Shown in pieces: positions 62,938-64,000 of a DNA stretch of 64,000 nt. Positions within the stretch are counted from its first letter, which is position 1, and each line of letters opens with the position of its first letter. This DNA comes from Squalus acanthias. Taxonomy: Eukaryota. The DNA is taken from positions 152,398,001 through 152,462,000 of the forward strand of contig CM059432.1 in assembly GCA_030390025.1 (NCBI GenBank). Direction: 5' to 3'. The translations under genes were made by a program, and so were the position numbers. The notes under the pieces are model-generated. The model saw nothing but the letters and a program-made list of their open reading frames with translations, did no database searches and had not been told where the DNA came from.

Positions 62938-63008
62938 CAGTGGTTCTCAAACTTTTTTGGTTGAAGAACCCCTTTTCAAATGGATTAGTAATCACGGACC
63001 CCCCCTAT
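62938..63008 (+). mobile_element. One end of a hAT (Charlie-like) MITE
   Basis: CAGTGGTTCTCAAACTTTTT terminus. The other end is not visible. Confidence 0.55.
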
Positions 63009-63134
63009 CTATAGTAAAGAGCGGTGGTGTAGGACTAGTTGGATAGCTCTACCAAAGAGCCGGCACAGGCACGATGGGCCAAAAGGCCTCCTTCTGTGCT
63101 CTATGATTCTAAGATAATGGAGATACTTGTCATG

Positions 63135-64000
63135 CCTCCCCTCTACACCTCCATCCCCCACCAGGACGGCCTGAGGGCGCTCCACTTCTTCCTTGAACAG
63201 AGGCCCAACCAGTCCCCATCCACCAGCACCCTCCTCCACCTGGCTGAACTTGTTCTCACATTGAACAATTTCTCCTTTGACTCCACTCATTTCCTCCAAA
63301 TTAAAGGTGTATCTATGGGAACCTGCATGGGTCCTAGCAATGCCTGCCTTTTCGTGGGAAACGTGGAACATTCTTTGTTCCAGTCCTACTCAGGTCCCCT
63401 CCCTCACCTCTTTCTCTGGTACATTGATGGCTGTATCGGTGCCGTTTCTTGCTCTCGCTCTGAGCTAGAGAATGTCATCAACTTTGCTTCCAATTTTCAC
63501 CCTTCCCTCACCTTCACATGGTCCATCTCCGACTCTTCTCTTCCCTTCCTTGACTTCTCTGTCTCCATTTCTGGCGATAGGCTATCGACAAACATTCACT
63601 ACAAGCCCAGTGACTCCCGCAGCTACCTGGACTACACATCCTCCCACCCCACTTCCTGTAAGGACTCTATTCCATTCTCCCAGTTTCTCCGTCTCCGTCA
63701 CATCTGTTCTGACGATGCCACCTTCCATACTAGTGTTTCCGACATGTCTTCCTTTTTCCTCAACCGAGGATTCCCCTCTACCGTGGTTGACATGGCCCTC
63801 GGCCGTGTCCGTTCCATTTCCCGCACTTCTGCTCTCACCCCTTCCCCTCCCTCCCAGAACCACGATAGGTTTCCCCCTGTCCTCACCTTTCACGCCACCA
63901 GCCTCCACATTCAACGGATCATCCTCCGCCACCTCCAACGTGATCCCACCACCAAACACATCTTCCCCCCACCCACCCCCTTTCAGCATTCCGAAGGGAC
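63135..64000 (+). mobile_element. Second copy of the PLE family at 53884, RT region, runs off the window
   Basis: Collinear with 55128-55809 and 60019-60195. Confidence 0.88.

Noticed and set aside
24100..64000. Exons of a neighbouring host gene (SUSD5 is adjacent to FBXL2 in human)
   Set aside because: No recognisable coding exon was found by eye. Short or non-coding exons could have been missed.

Overview
Vertebrate genomic DNA, almost certainly a cartilaginous fish (shark), judged from an HE1-type V-SINE, SacSINE1-type DeuSINEs and typical elasmobranch CR1/Penelope/Harbinger families. The only host gene I can support is the 5' end of FBXL2 on the minus strand. Coding exon 1 (MNGITRGRFE, 23693-23722) lies in a CpG island with two CRE sites, a ~22 kb intron 1 follows, and exon 2 (VFSSNDESLINKKLPKELLLR) is at 1401-1462. 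The rest is mostly nested mobile DNA: many CR1 LINEs (one with its 5' UTR and an SGNH-esterase ORF1), RTE, L2, a Tx1-type fragment, two Penelope-like (PLE) families carrying hammerhead-ribozyme motifs, pogo-type and Harbinger-type MITEs, two Harbinger derivatives retaining the Myb/SANT gene, and an LTR element with a tRNA-Arg primer site. A 4.2 kb G-rich satellite sits right behind exon 1. The most interesting signals are: a Tx1-type LINE inserted with a clean 15-bp TSD into the conserved terminal repeat of a young Penelope element (possible element-targeting hyperparasite); an ERV-like element with an Arg PBS and TG..TA ends; a CR1 5' UTR that looks like a tandem Pol II promoter with micro-exons; and several perfect fold-back hairpins inside the FBXL2 pre-mRNA. 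Family names come from my recognition of motifs, not from database searches. Many repeat boundaries are approximate.
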